64,000 nucleotides of DNA from an uncultured virus (IMG/VR IMGVR_UViG_3300020123_000428) (Duplodnaviria; Heunggongvirae; Uroviricota; Caudoviricetes), in IMG/VR virus record IMGVR_UViG_3300020123_000428. One strand, 5' to 3'. A program made the translations under genes and the position numbers. Below the pieces are notes generated by a model, which did not search any database, had not been told where the DNA came from, and saw nothing but the letters and a program-made list of their open reading frames with translations. Positions 20,127 through 29,805 of the stretch are shown one piece after another; position 1 is the first letter of the stretch, and each line of letters begins with the position of its first letter.

Positions 20127-23100
20127 GCAACCTCTTCATCAACCTGCCCACGCCGATCGGCAACGGGGTCGGCGCGTCGGTCGACATGTCGGCGACCGGC
20201 GCGACCAAGACCATCGTCGTGGTCGGCACGGCGCTGGTCACCCTGAACATCGAGATCAACAACGACGCCGCGCAGGGCGGCAGTTGGACCTCGGCAGCCA
20301 CGATCCAGAACACCGGCACCGTCACCATCAACGTGGCCTGCCGGTGGATGCGCGTGCGGGCGTCCGGCTACAACACCAGCGTCGGCGGGACCAGCTCGGT
20401 CAACGTCGGCGCGACCGATGACGGGACCGTGTTCGCGTCGCTGCCGGTGTCGGTCGGCAACGGCGTGGGCGCCGCGGTCGATGTCAGCGCGAACCTGGGG
20501 CTGTTCAAGACCGTCCAGGTCGGCGGGACGTTCGGGGGGACGACCCTGATCGAGGTGTCCGAGGATGGCACGACCGAATGGGCGCAGCCGTTCTCGTTCC
20601 AGAACCCGGGCGCGCAGTCAGCGGTGATCGTGACCCGGTTCATGCGCGTGCGCCGGGTCGGCGTTCCGGTGCTGAACCCCGGCCTGCCGGTGGTCAACGT
20701 CGGGTTCGCGTCGACCGCGGAGGGCAGCACCAAGCCGTCGCTGGCGATCGCGGGCGGCACCCAGACCGCCAGCTCGGGTACCGTCCTCTTTTCCAACACC
20801 AACGGCGTGACCTTCGGGCTCTTGGGCTCGGTGATGACGGCCTCGGTGCAGACCGCGGGCGGCACGGCCACCGGCGTCGGGGTCAGCGCGGGCACCGAGC
20901 TGGCCACCACCGGCGTGGTGGTCCTCTCGAACGCCAACGGCGTCTCGTTCGGGATGCACAACGCCACGGTGACGGCCTCGTACACGCAGTCGACCGCGCC
21001 GGCGGCCATCGCCGCCGGATCGCAGACGGCAGGTTCCGGGACGGTGGTGCTCGCCAACTCGAACGGCGTGTCCTTCGGCATGTCGGGCTCCTCGCAGATC
21101 ACGGCCAGCTATAGCCAGTCGACATCGCCCGCCGCCATCGCGGCCGGATCGCAGACCGCCGGTTCCGGCACCGTGGTGCTGGCCAACAGCAACGGTGTCT
21201 TCTTCGGAATGTCCGGGTCGTCACAGATCACCGCGAGCTACACGCAATCGACAGCGCCGGCCGCGATCAGCGCCGGCACCGCCTCCGTCGGCGCGGGCAC
21301 CGTCGTCCTCTCGAACTCCAACGGGGTGTCCTTCGGGCTGTCGGGCTCGACCGTCACCGCCTCCGTGGAGGCGCAGTCGGTCGCGCCGGCCGCGATCGCG
21401 GCCGGATCGCAGACCGGTAGTTCCGGCACCATCCTGTTCTCGAACGCCAACGGCGTGGTGTTCGGCATGAACGCCTCATCCCAGGTCACGGCGAGCTACA
21501 CCCAGTCGACAGCGCCGGCCGCGATCAGCGCCGGGACCGCGTCCGTCGGCGCGGGCACGGTGGTGTTCTTGAACAGCAACGGTGTCTCGTTCGGCCTGTC
21601 CGGCTCCACGGTCACGGCGTCCGCGGCCGCGCAGTCGGTGGCGCCAGGCGCCATCGCGGCGGGCACACAGACCGCCAACTCCGGTACGGTCGTCTTCTCG
21701 AACTCGAACGGCGTCTCCTTCGGGATGGCCGGATCGTCGCAGATCACCGCCAGCTATACGCAGTCGACGGCGCCCGCCGCGATCAGCGCCGGGACTGCCT
21801 CGGTCGGCGCCGGCACGGTCGTGCTGTCGAACTCGAACGGGGTCTCGTTCGGGCTCTCGGGATCGACGGTGACAGCCTCGGTCGGCGCGCAGTCGACCGC
21901 GCCCGGCGGGATCGCCGCCGGATCGCAGACCGCGACATCCGGCACCGTGGTGTTCTCGAACAGCAACGGCGTGTCCTTCGGGCTGTCGGGGTCGACGGTC
22001 ACCGCCTCGATCGCGGCCGGCGTGTCCGCGCCCGCGGTGGCGGCCGGAACGCAGACCGCCACGGGTGGCACGGTGGTGTTCTCAAACTCGAACGGGGTCT
22101 CGTTCGGGATGGCCGGATCGTCGCAGGTCACGGCGTCGTATACGCAGTCCACGGCGCCCGCGGCCATCAGCGCCGGCACGGCCTCGGTTGGGGCCGGCAC
22201 CGTCGTGTTCTCGAACTCGAACGGGGTCTCGTTCGGCCTCTCTGGGTCGACGCTCACGGCGAGCTACACGCAGTCGACCGCGCCCGCCGCGATCAGTGCC
22301 GGGACCGCGTCCGTTGGTGCGGGGACGGTCGTATTCTCCAACTCGAACAGCGTCTCGTTCGGTCTATCCGGATCGACCGTCACCGCCAGCATCAACGCTG
22401 GCCAGCCCTCGGTCGGGTGGCTGTTCGGAGATGGCACCGATGGCGCGGCCACGATGGATGGCGCGGCGACGGTCGCCGGCTGCACTCTCGCCGCGAGCGT
22501 GTACACCGCGACGCGGCCGGTATTCTTCACCCAGATCACCGGCAGCGCCAACATCACCCTCAAGCCCGACGGGTATCCGATCTACTGCTCGGGTACCTGC
22601 GCGGGACCTGGCTCGGGCACCTTCACGATCGACAGCTCCGGCAACCCCGGACAGTCCGGCGCCGCTGGCGGCGCTGGTGGCACCGCGACCTGGACGACCC
22701 CCCGTTACCTGCCTGCGGGGGTGACCGGCGGCGCCGGTGGAGGTGCCGGCCAGAACGGCACCGCGGCCGGGGCATCGCCGCGGGAGTTCTCGGGCGCGGC
22801 GGCCTCGGGCGGCACCACCGCGGGCGGCGTGGCCGGCCCCGGTGGCAACGGCGGCACGGGGCGCGGCGGTGGTGGTGGCGGGTCTGGCGGCGTGACCGGC
22901 GGCGCCGGCAACCCGGGCGGCGCGGGCGGCGGCATCACGGCCAAGTCGCCAGTCAGTGGCGATCTGCACCAGGCCGAGCAGGCCACCACCTTCCGCGACA
23001 ACACCACGGTCGCCTGGAGCTCGGGATCCGGTGGCGGTGGCGGCGGCGGCGCCGGTGGTGGCGGTGGATCCGGCGGGGGCGGCGGGTCCGCGGGGTCGCC

Positions 23101-23395
23101 GATCGTCCTACACGTGTTCGCGTGGAGCAACATCGCCCACATCGCGATCCAGTCCCTGGGGGGCGGCGGGGGAGCGGGTCAGGCCAGCGCCATGGCGGGC
23201 GGTGGCGCGTGCGGCGGCGGCGGCTCCGGTGGCATCGTCGTGATCGAGACCGCCGCGGCTACGTCGGCGACCCCCACGCCGACCGTCACCGGGGGCGGCG
23301 CGGGCGCGGGCGGCGGGGGCGGCACCGGATTCTTCGCGGGAGCGGCCGGCGGGACCGGCGGAAACGGCCTGTTCATCCTCCTGAACCCGCCCTGA
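20123..23395 (+). CDS. spike/fibre protein with ~42-aa repeats and Gly-rich C-terminal domain
   Basis: 1090 aa; ~13 repeats centred on VVFSNSNGVSFG; FGDGTDG then Gly-rich region. Confidence 0.7.
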   Translation: MSNLFINLPTPIGNGVGASVDMSATGATKTIVVVGTALVTLNIEINNDAAQGGSWTSAATIQNTGTVTINVACRWMRVRASGYNTSVGGTSSVNVGATDDGTVFASLPVSVGNGVGAAVDVSANLGLFKTVQVGGTFGGTTLIEVSEDGTTEWAQPFSFQNPGAQSAVIVTRFMRVRRVGVPVLNPGLPVVNVGFASTAEGSTKPSLAIAGGTQTASSGTVLFSNTNGVTFGLLGSVMTASVQTAGGTATGVGVSAGTELATTGVVVLSNANGVSFGMHNATVTASYTQSTAPAAIAAGSQTAGSGTVVLANSNGVSFGMSGSSQITASYSQSTSPAAIAAGSQTAGSGTVVLANSNGVFFGMSGSSQITASYTQSTAPAAISAGTASVGAGTVVLSNSNGVSFGLSGSTVTASVEAQSVAPAAIAAGSQTGSSGTILFSNANGVVFGMNASSQVTASYTQSTAPAAISAGTASVGAGTVVFLNSNGVSFGLSGSTVTASAAAQSVAPGAIAAGTQTANSGTVVFSNSNGVSFGMAGSSQITASYTQSTAPAAISAGTASVGAGTVVLSNSNGVSFGLSGSTVTASVGAQSTAPGGIAAGSQTATSGTVVFSNSNGVSFGLSGSTVTASIAAGVSAPAVAAGTQTATGGTVVFSNSNGVSFGMAGSSQVTASYTQSTAPAAISAGTASVGAGTVVFSNSNGVSFGLSGSTLTASYTQSTAPAAISAGTASVGAGTVVFSNSNSVSFGLSGSTVTASINAGQPSVGWLFGDGTDGAATMDGAATVAGCTLAASVYTATRPVFFTQITGSANITLKPDGYPIYCSGTCAGPGSGTFTIDSSGNPGQSGAAGGAGGTATWTTPRYLPAGVTGGAGGGAGQNGTAAGASPREFSGAAASGGTTAGGVAGPGGNGGTGRGGGGGGSGGVTGGAGNPGGAGGGITAKSPVSGDLHQAEQATTFRDNTTVAWSSGSGGGGGGGAGGGGGSGGGGGSAGSPIVLHVFAWSNIAHIAIQSLGGGGGAGQASAMAGGGACGGGGSGGIVVIETAAATSATPTPTVTGGGAGAGGGGGTGFFAGAAGGTGGNGLFILLNPP
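20740..22395 (+). repeat. ~13 imperfect ~126-129 bp coding repeats
   Basis: repeated TASYTQSTAPAAISAGTASVGAGTVVFSNSNGVSFGLSGS. Confidence 0.85.
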
Positions 23396-23411
23396 TCCGG
23401 GGTCGCGATAG

Positions 23412-24239
23412 GTGAGCCGATCCCCCCGGGTTGGCGCGCCGGTCTTGCCACTGTCACACCGCCAGGAGCATAGTGACGGTCGCATGCTGCTCGACATGAC
23501 CGAGGTGGCGAGCCGCCTCACGCAGGGCCAGGCCGGATCCGGGCTGGGCTTCGACCGCGTGCTCCACATCCAGGGGTCGACGTACCGGGACTCGTCGACC
23601 ATCATCATCATGCCCAGCCGGACGCCGACCCTGCACTACCGGGTGGTGGCCGCGCTGCAGGGGCTCATCGCCCCCATGAACCAGCGCCGGTGCATGATGT
23701 TCTGCGTGGGGGACGAGGTCGGCGTGGCCTACGACAACCTGATCGGCCACATCCTGGCCGACAAGGATCTCTCGTCGTACCGCTACGTGATGACCATCGA
23801 GAGCGATAACCTGGTGCCGCCCGACGCGCAGCGCCGGCTGACCGAGACCATCGAGGCCGGGATGTTCGACGCGGTCTCCGGGATCTACTTCACCAAGGGC
23901 GACATCAACATGCCCATGGCGTACGGCGATCCGGCGCACTTCGAGGCCACCGGCGAGCTCGAGTTCCGTCCGCGCGACGTGGCGGCGTGCCTGGCGGCCG
24001 GTCAGGTGATGCCCGTCAACGGCATCGCGATGGGCTGCGCGCTCTGGCGGATGGACCTCTTCCGCAAGATGCCCCGTCCGTGGTTCGTGACGGTCGACGA
24101 CCTGGTCGACGGCAAGGCGATGGGGTTCACGCAGGATCTCTGGTTCTGCAAGGCGGCGCGGCTCGCCGGGCACCGCTTCGCGGTCGACTGCCGGGTGAAG
24201 GTCGGCCACATGGACCTCGTCACCGAGCAGGTCTACTGA
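23412..24239 (+). CDS. GT-A fold glycosyltransferase-like protein
   Basis: IESDNL (DxD-like), MGCALW, TQDLWFC, VKVGH motifs; start uncertain. Confidence 0.65.
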   Translation: MSRSPRVGAPVLPLSHRQEHSDGRMLLDMTEVASRLTQGQAGSGLGFDRVLHIQGSTYRDSSTIIIMPSRTPTLHYRVVAALQGLIAPMNQRRCMMFCVGDEVGVAYDNLIGHILADKDLSSYRYVMTIESDNLVPPDAQRRLTETIEAGMFDAVSGIYFTKGDINMPMAYGDPAHFEATGELEFRPRDVAACLAAGQVMPVNGIAMGCALWRMDLFRKMPRPWFVTVDDLVDGKAMGFTQDLWFCKAARLAGHRFAVDCRVKVGHMDLVTEQVY

Positions 24240-24241
24240 GC

Positions 24242-24433
24242 ATGCTCGTGCTCCTCCTGTGCGGCGCGGTCTGTGCCACGCTGCAGCACGGCTGTAGCTG
24301 GGCGCGGCGCCGGCTCGAGGACGAGGACGGCGTGTCGCGGCAGGATCTGGGGGTCCTCCTGTTCCTGGAGGGCGCGATGCAGATGGCGACGACCGCGCTG
24401 ATCGCCTTGGCGGTCGTGGAAGGAACGCGATGA
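24242..24433 (+). CDS. small membrane protein
   Basis: hydrophobic; fills gap, coupled to next gene. Confidence 0.35.
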   Translation: MLVLLLCGAVCATLQHGCSWARRRLEDEDGVSRQDLGVLLFLEGAMQMATTALIALAVVEGTR

Positions 24434-25677
24434 AGATCTTGATCACCGGCGGCTGTGGATTTCTGGGCTCGCACATCGTCGAGCACCTCCTGAAGACGAC
24501 CGACGCCGACACCCAGATCGTCATCCTGGACAAGCTCACCTACGCCTCGAACGGGTTCGACCGGTTGCGCGACATCAGCGCCAGCCTGCCCTACGGACTC
24601 CCCGAGCGCGTGCAGGTGCTGGGATGCGACCTGTCCCAGTCCCTGCCCGAGGGGGTCCTCCGCGAGCTGGGCCCGGTGGACTACATCATCCACGCCGCGG
24701 CGGAGAGCCACGTCGACAACAGCATCGTCGATCCGCTCCCCTTCCTGATGAGCAACGTCATCGGGACGCACCACCTGCTCATGGCCGCGCGCGCGATGAC
24801 CGGCCTGCGGCGGATCTTCCTGGTGTCGACGGACGAGGTCTACGGGCCGGCGCCCGCGAAGGGCTACGGCGACTTCGTGACCCGTGGCGTCCGCCACCTC
24901 GTTCAGGAGGCGTCGGACGCGCTCAACATGGCCGGTAACGCCTGGAACTCCCTGCCGAAGGACATCCAGACCGCCTTCAGCAAGTTCAAGGAGGTCAGCG
25001 GCGGGTTCTGGCTGCGCCGGACGCACCTCCTGTACAGCGGCTTCGACGAGGAGGCGCGGTTCCGGCCAGCCAACCCCTACGCGGCCTCGAAGGCCGGCGC
25101 CGAGGCGGTGGCCATGGCCTACGCCAACACGTACGGGCTGGCCATCACCATCGTCAACACCATGAACCTCATCGGCGAGCGCCAGCACGCCGAGAAGTTC
25201 GTGCCGCTGGTGATTCGCAAGGTGCTCGCCGACGAGACGGTCGTCATCCACGCCGACCCCAGCCAGACCCAGTCGGGGAGCCGGTTCTACCTGCACTGCC
25301 GGACGTTCGCGAACGCGCTGGCGTGGCTGATGGACCAGGACGCCGCCGCGCCCGCGCTGGCGCTACGCGCAGCGCTGCCTGCTATCCCGACGTCCGCGCT
25401 CCCTCTCAAGCTCCATGTCTGCGGCGAGCGCGAGATCACCAACCTGGACCTGGCGCGCCTCATCGCCGAGTACGTGGGCCGGCCGCTCCGCTACCAGCTC
25501 GTGGACTTCCATTCGAGCCGGCCGGGCCACGATCTGCGCTACGCGATGAACGACAGCCTGATCACCCGCATGGGGTGGAAGCGCCCCATGGGCCTCGAGC
25601 AGTCCCTGGAGAAGACCGTCCGTTGGTACCTCGCCCATCCCCGCTGGCTCGATGCGGGCAAGAAGGAGACACGCTGA
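24430..25677 (+). CDS. rfbB: dTDP-glucose 4,6-dehydratase-like SDR
   Basis: TGGCGFLG, DKLTYA, HAAAESHVD, STDEVYG, YAASK, RPGHDLRY. Confidence 0.85.
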   Translation: MKILITGGCGFLGSHIVEHLLKTTDADTQIVILDKLTYASNGFDRLRDISASLPYGLPERVQVLGCDLSQSLPEGVLRELGPVDYIIHAAAESHVDNSIVDPLPFLMSNVIGTHHLLMAARAMTGLRRIFLVSTDEVYGPAPAKGYGDFVTRGVRHLVQEASDALNMAGNAWNSLPKDIQTAFSKFKEVSGGFWLRRTHLLYSGFDEEARFRPANPYAASKAGAEAVAMAYANTYGLAITIVNTMNLIGERQHAEKFVPLVIRKVLADETVVIHADPSQTQSGSRFYLHCRTFANALAWLMDQDAAAPALALRAALPAIPTSALPLKLHVCGEREITNLDLARLIAEYVGRPLRYQLVDFHSSRPGHDLRYAMNDSLITRMGWKRPMGLEQSLEKTVRWYLAHPRWLDAGKKETR

Positions 25678-26297
25678 TGTCGGAGTTCCTGCACGTCCTC
25701 ATGGTCGGGTTCGCCATCATCGGCGCCGGGATGGTCCCCGTGGTGATCACCATCGCGGTGGCGCGGTACCGCGCGCGGCGCCGGGAGGATCGGCTCTCGT
25801 TCCTGGGCGTCCCGACCGGGTCACTGACCGGCTGGGACGCGACGCTCGAGTACGGGGACCACGAGGGCGGCATCTTCGATCGCGACACGCTAGATGCGTC
25901 GGTCGCACTGGAGCACAACCGGCGTGATCACGAGGAGTTCATGCGAGAGATCCAGATGGCGGAGGAGCGCCGCCACCGCGCGGAACAGCGCGCGCGCCGT
26001 GAGAAGCGGTGGGCGTGGCTCCCGTGGTCGAAGTACCGTCGCCGCAGGGCCGCCGAGTTGCGCTGGCAGGTCTCTCAGCTGGAAGATGAACTGAAGCTCG
26101 CGCGCTGGCGGGCCGCGCAGTACCGTCGACTTGCGATGGATCATGTCGACTGGATGGGCAGTGGTCTACTGGAGCAGATCAAGAATATCGACGATACCAT
26201 CGCGGTGGTGTTCGAGACTCCACGCGCGCACGCAACGGACCCGAGTCCCGCCGATGACGATATCCCGGCCAACGCGTACGAGGATCTCCTGCAATGA
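25677..26297 (+). CDS. membrane-anchored hypothetical protein
   Basis: N-terminal TM; AGGAG RBS; TGATG coupling. Confidence 0.5.
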   Translation: MSEFLHVLMVGFAIIGAGMVPVVITIAVARYRARRREDRLSFLGVPTGSLTGWDATLEYGDHEGGIFDRDTLDASVALEHNRRDHEEFMREIQMAEERRHRAEQRARREKRWAWLPWSKYRRRRAAELRWQVSQLEDELKLARWRAAQYRRLAMDHVDWMGSGLLEQIKNIDDTIAVVFETPRAHATDPSPADDDIPANAYEDLLQ

Positions 26298-27157
26298 GCG
26301 ACCTCGGGACGCGCCCGGCCGACCCGGGACACGTGAGCGACCTCGGGACGCGCCCGGCCGACCCGGGACACGTGCTGCGCGTCGAGCCGGACCCTGCCGC
26401 GCAGGGGCATACTCCACAGATCAGCCCGGAGATTCCGGGACCCGCCGATGATGCGTGTGGCGTGGCTGGTTCCGTTGAGGTCACGATCGCCAAGCCGCCG
26501 GCGACCCGCCGGCTCGACCTTGCCAGTGGCCAGAACGTCCGCGTGGGATTCGAAGGCGTCGACATCTGGCCGGGCGCGCAGCACGTCGTGAACCTCCAGC
26601 AGTACCCCTGGCCGTTCGAGGACGAGAGCGTGCTCGAGGTCAACTGCAGCCACTACATCGAGCACATCCCGATGGAGATGATCGTCGGTCGCCGCTGCAG
26701 GTGCTGCGGCGGCCACGGCATTGTGCGCTTCGAGGGGTCGGCGGAGCGATGCTCACACTGCCAAGATGGGGTGCAGGCATGGCCTGCCAAGGACGCCCTC
26801 TTCGCATTCTTCGACGAGTGCTACCGCATCCTGGTGCCCGACGGCTGGCTCCACGTAGTGGTGCCGGCGCACCGCTCGGACCGGGCGTTCCAGGACCCGA
26901 CGCACCGGAGGTTCATCACCGCGCAGACCTTCGCGTACATGAACCAGGAGTGGCGGCGGATCAACCGGCTCGACCACTACAACGTCGACTGCAACTTCGT
27001 GGGCAACGCCAACCCGGTGGTGGACCAGACACTGACCCTGCGGCACCCCGACGTCGCCCAGCAGATGATCCAGCGCAACTGGAACACCGTGATCGACTGG
27101 ACCGCCAGCATGCAGAAGAAGCCCCGCATGACGGTCAAGGTGTTCACGTCGCCATGA
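26294..27157 (+). CDS. class I SAM-dependent methyltransferase-like protein with Zn-finger insertion
   Basis: LDLASG, WPFEDESV, SHYIEH, ECYRILVPDG, DPTH; true start may be downstream of 26441. Confidence 0.7.
   Translation: MSDLGTRPADPGHVSDLGTRPADPGHVLRVEPDPAAQGHTPQISPEIPGPADDACGVAGSVEVTIAKPPATRRLDLASGQNVRVGFEGVDIWPGAQHVVNLQQYPWPFEDESVLEVNCSHYIEHIPMEMIVGRRCRCCGGHGIVRFEGSAERCSHCQDGVQAWPAKDALFAFFDECYRILVPDGWLHVVVPAHRSDRAFQDPTHRRFITAQTFAYMNQEWRRINRLDHYNVDCNFVGNANPVVDQTLTLRHPDVAQQMIQRNWNTVIDWTASMQKKPRMTVKVFTSP
26295..26441 (+). repeat. 39-bp tandem duplication and three GCCCGG-N5-CCGGGAC hairpins
   Basis: 26295-26333 equals 26334-26372; hairpins at 26313-26330, 26352-26369, 26424-26441. Confidence 0.7.
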
Positions 27158-27315
27158 ACGTCTCGCACCACAAGCCCGCCGCGCGCGGCGTCAACCAGCT
27201 CATGTACGTGGGCGACGATGCGGCGATCGAGAGCGCGACGGCGAGCGGGTGGTCCACCCCGGTGAAGGTGGCGCTGGCGGCGGCGCTGGCGTACCTGCTC
27301 CTGGGGCGTCGGTGA
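27154..27315 (+). CDS. small membrane virion-type protein
   Basis: MYVGDD; C-terminal TM + RR. Confidence 0.45.
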   Translation: MNVSHHKPAARGVNQLMYVGDDAAIESATASGWSTPVKVALAAALAYLLLGRR

Positions 27316-27827
27316 AGCGCCTTCCGATCCGCTACATGGCGGCGACCGACACGTCGCCCGCGGGGATCCTCGCGCTGGCGTACCTGCCGGCGCTCCTGCG
27401 CATCGCGCCGGTGCGGGTCGGGTCGATCTCGGGGGGCCTGAGCGGACGCTGGGAGGGCTACGCCGCGCTCCTGGGGACGCCGCTGGCGACCGAGTACGTC
27501 AACGTGGTGTGCTGTGCGCCGGACCGCTGGACCTGGGTGCAGCGCGTCACCATCCCGAACCGGCCGGTCAACGGGGTCCCACAGCCGGCCGAGGTCGCGG
27601 AGAAGCGCCAGGAGCTCTACACGAGCGGCGTGCGCAACGTCCTCCTGACCCAGGTGCCTCCGGCGCCCCTGACCCGGGAGCAGCGCCAGACCGCGCTCCG
27701 CTACGAGGCGGTGGTGTCGCCGGATGCCCACACGCGACGTCTCTGGGACGGCCTCCATCCGGTGGTGTTCATGGTATCTGTTCCAGTCACGGATCACGCG
27801 GCGCTGCGCGCGGCGCTGGTCCCGTAG
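27312..27827 (+). CDS. hypothetical protein
   Basis: GTGA coupling; GC3-rich. Confidence 0.5.
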   Translation: MKRLPIRYMAATDTSPAGILALAYLPALLRIAPVRVGSISGGLSGRWEGYAALLGTPLATEYVNVVCCAPDRWTWVQRVTIPNRPVNGVPQPAEVAEKRQELYTSGVRNVLLTQVPPAPLTREQRQTALRYEAVVSPDAHTRRLWDGLHPVVFMVSVPVTDHAALRAALVP

Positions 27828-27843
27828 CAAAGGGGTTCTCGAG

Positions 27844-28155
27844 ATGGTTCCAGACATCGGTGACATCGTTCTGTTTCACTTCGAAGACCCGTACGTTCCG
27901 GCCGGGCGCTTACGAGTGCGACCCGCGATGGTGATCGCTGTGGGTACGCCAGCCGGACCCGGGGTTGGCTGGCCACTCGATCTCCAAGTGTTCTTCCACG
28001 TGGATGATCACATCTGGTGGCAGCACAGCGTTGTGGTCGTGCCATCGCCGTGTGTGACCGGAGTGCCGGCCCACCTCGAGCCGGACCTGGAGCACGGGCA
28101 GGTTCATCGCCTGCCGATACGCCACGGTACGTGGACGCATCGGAAGGGGGGCTGA
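27844..28155 (+). CDS. hypothetical protein (SH3-like start)
   Basis: PDIGDIVLF...RPAMVI..V pattern. Confidence 0.45.
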   Translation: MVPDIGDIVLFHFEDPYVPAGRLRVRPAMVIAVGTPAGPGVGWPLDLQVFFHVDDHIWWQHSVVVVPSPCVTGVPAHLEPDLEHGQVHRLPIRHGTWTHRKGG

Positions 28156-28157
28156 CC

Positions 28158-28679
28158 GTGACGACACCGACACCCAGTATCCCAGGAGCGCCGACGACCA
28201 CGATCTACCTCGCGTCGAGCTGGCGCAATCCGTATCACAGCGTGGTCCTCGCCGAACTACGCAAGCGGCGGTGCGAGGTCTACGACTTCAAGACCGACGG
28301 CCACGCGATGGCGTGGAAGGACTTGGATCCGGAACTTGCCACTGACCTGACCGCGGATCGGTTGCAACGGGTGCTGCAACTTCCCGGATCCGACCGAGCC
28401 TTCGCAGCCGACATGAACGCGATGAAGTGGGCCGACGCGTGCGTGCTGCTGCTGCCGTGCGGACTGTCGGCGCATCTCGAGGCCGGGTGGTTCGCGGGCA
28501 AGGGGAAGCCGGTGGCGGTGCTGGCTCCGGAGCTTCGCGAGCCCGAGCTCATGTACAAGATGTTCGAGCGGAACGCTGTATTTCGCGATGGCGCGGTCAC
28601 CCCGATCTTCGGGCTAATCGATCAGGTAGCGGACTACCTGAGCAGCGCCCATCTGCGGAACCGGACGTGGGACCCGTGA
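28158..28679 (+). CDS. nucleoside 2-deoxyribosyltransferase-like protein
   Basis: IYLASSWRN...DMNAMKWADACVLL...SAHLEAGW..GKGKPV. Confidence 0.7.
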   Translation: MTTPTPSIPGAPTTTIYLASSWRNPYHSVVLAELRKRRCEVYDFKTDGHAMAWKDLDPELATDLTADRLQRVLQLPGSDRAFAADMNAMKWADACVLLLPCGLSAHLEAGWFAGKGKPVAVLAPELREPELMYKMFERNAVFRDGAVTPIFGLIDQVADYLSSAHLRNRTWDP

Positions 28680-28891
28680 GCGTCGCCGGGTGGCTACTCG
28701 CCATCGGGATGGTGGTCGGCATCGTTGCCCGGGTGCCGAACTGCGACATCGGTCTACTCGTGGTCATCGCGGTCGCGATGGTGTGGCCGCCAGCGACGAC
28801 GGGCGCCGAGCAGTACCCAACGGCTGATGCTGCCGGGCGCGACGGGCGCCGCTCGACGGTGGACCGATCCTGCGCCTGAAGGAGATACGAG

Positions 28892-29626
28892 ATGATGACG
28901 AGCGACGAATGCAAGGAACGACTGGAGACCGCAGCGCGCGCGGTGACCGACATGCTGGATGATCTGGGCAATGCGAGCCCGGACGGCCAGGATGCCAGGA
29001 TGGACATCTTCAGGGCAGCGTATCGATCTCTGTCCGAGGACGACAAGGCCCGCATCACCACCTTGTTCCGAAGGGGTAGCCTCGCAGTGCTGAGCGATGC
29101 GCTTATCGGCAACAAGGCGATCGCTCAGGCCGCGTTCCGCGACCTCGCGGGGATCGCTCGGCGCATCGATCAGTCCCCCGACAAGGAGCACGCGGTCGAC
29201 GAGTTGCTCGATGCCGCCAACGAGCTCGGCGCCGACGACCAGAAGGAACTGCTCAAGGTACTTGAGTTCATCGGCATCCTCCGCGTGATGAAGAACGATC
29301 CGGAGGAGGCATCAGCCGACCCGGAGCCCCACAGCAAGACCGTGCTGCGCCGCCTGTTCGCTGAGAACCCATCCCCGCTCCCCAACCAGGCGCCGGCACT
29401 CGAGTGCGCGGTGATGTTCGCCGGAGGCGGTACCAGCGAGGGCGCGCTCTCGGAGACGCCGGATGGCGGCCTCCGCATGCTGACGCCCATGACGCCCCAG
29501 GCCCCCGGCCTCCGGCCCGGCAAGGTGATGATGATCGAGAAGTTCTTCGCCTACGAGGACATCGTCGCGGTCGCGGTCCGCCGCGAGGTCACCATCGAGG
29601 CGCCCACCCGCATCGTCTCGCACTAG
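28892..29626 (+). CDS. hypothetical protein
   Basis: AAGGAG RBS; 244 aa. Confidence 0.6.
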   Translation: MMTSDECKERLETAARAVTDMLDDLGNASPDGQDARMDIFRAAYRSLSEDDKARITTLFRRGSLAVLSDALIGNKAIAQAAFRDLAGIARRIDQSPDKEHAVDELLDAANELGADDQKELLKVLEFIGILRVMKNDPEEASADPEPHSKTVLRRLFAENPSPLPNQAPALECAVMFAGGGTSEGALSETPDGGLRMLTPMTPQAPGLRPGKVMMIEKFFAYEDIVAVAVRREVTIEAPTRIVSH

Positions 29627-29805
29627 GCGTGCCGCGGGCAGCGGTCGTCCCGCCAGCCCAGCGCGTCGACCGCCGCCCGGAGCGCCCGCCGCGCCTCATC
29701 GGTCGAGATCACCTCGGAGGCCGGCCGCGCGCCCACGGCGATCTCGATCCCGACTCCCTCGGCGCAGCCGGGCTCGTGGCAGTACACGATCACCCGGACG
29801 TTCAC
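29623..29805 (-). CDS. small Zn-finger protein
   Basis: CHEPGC...CPRH. Confidence 0.45.
   Translation of the reverse strand: MNVRVIVYCHEPGCAEGVGIEIAVGARPASEVISTDEARRALRAAVDALGWRDDRCPRHA

Noticed and set aside
20740..22395. Diversity-generating retroelement template/variable repeats
   Set aside because: No reverse transcriptase; differences are mostly synonymous and not adenine-specific
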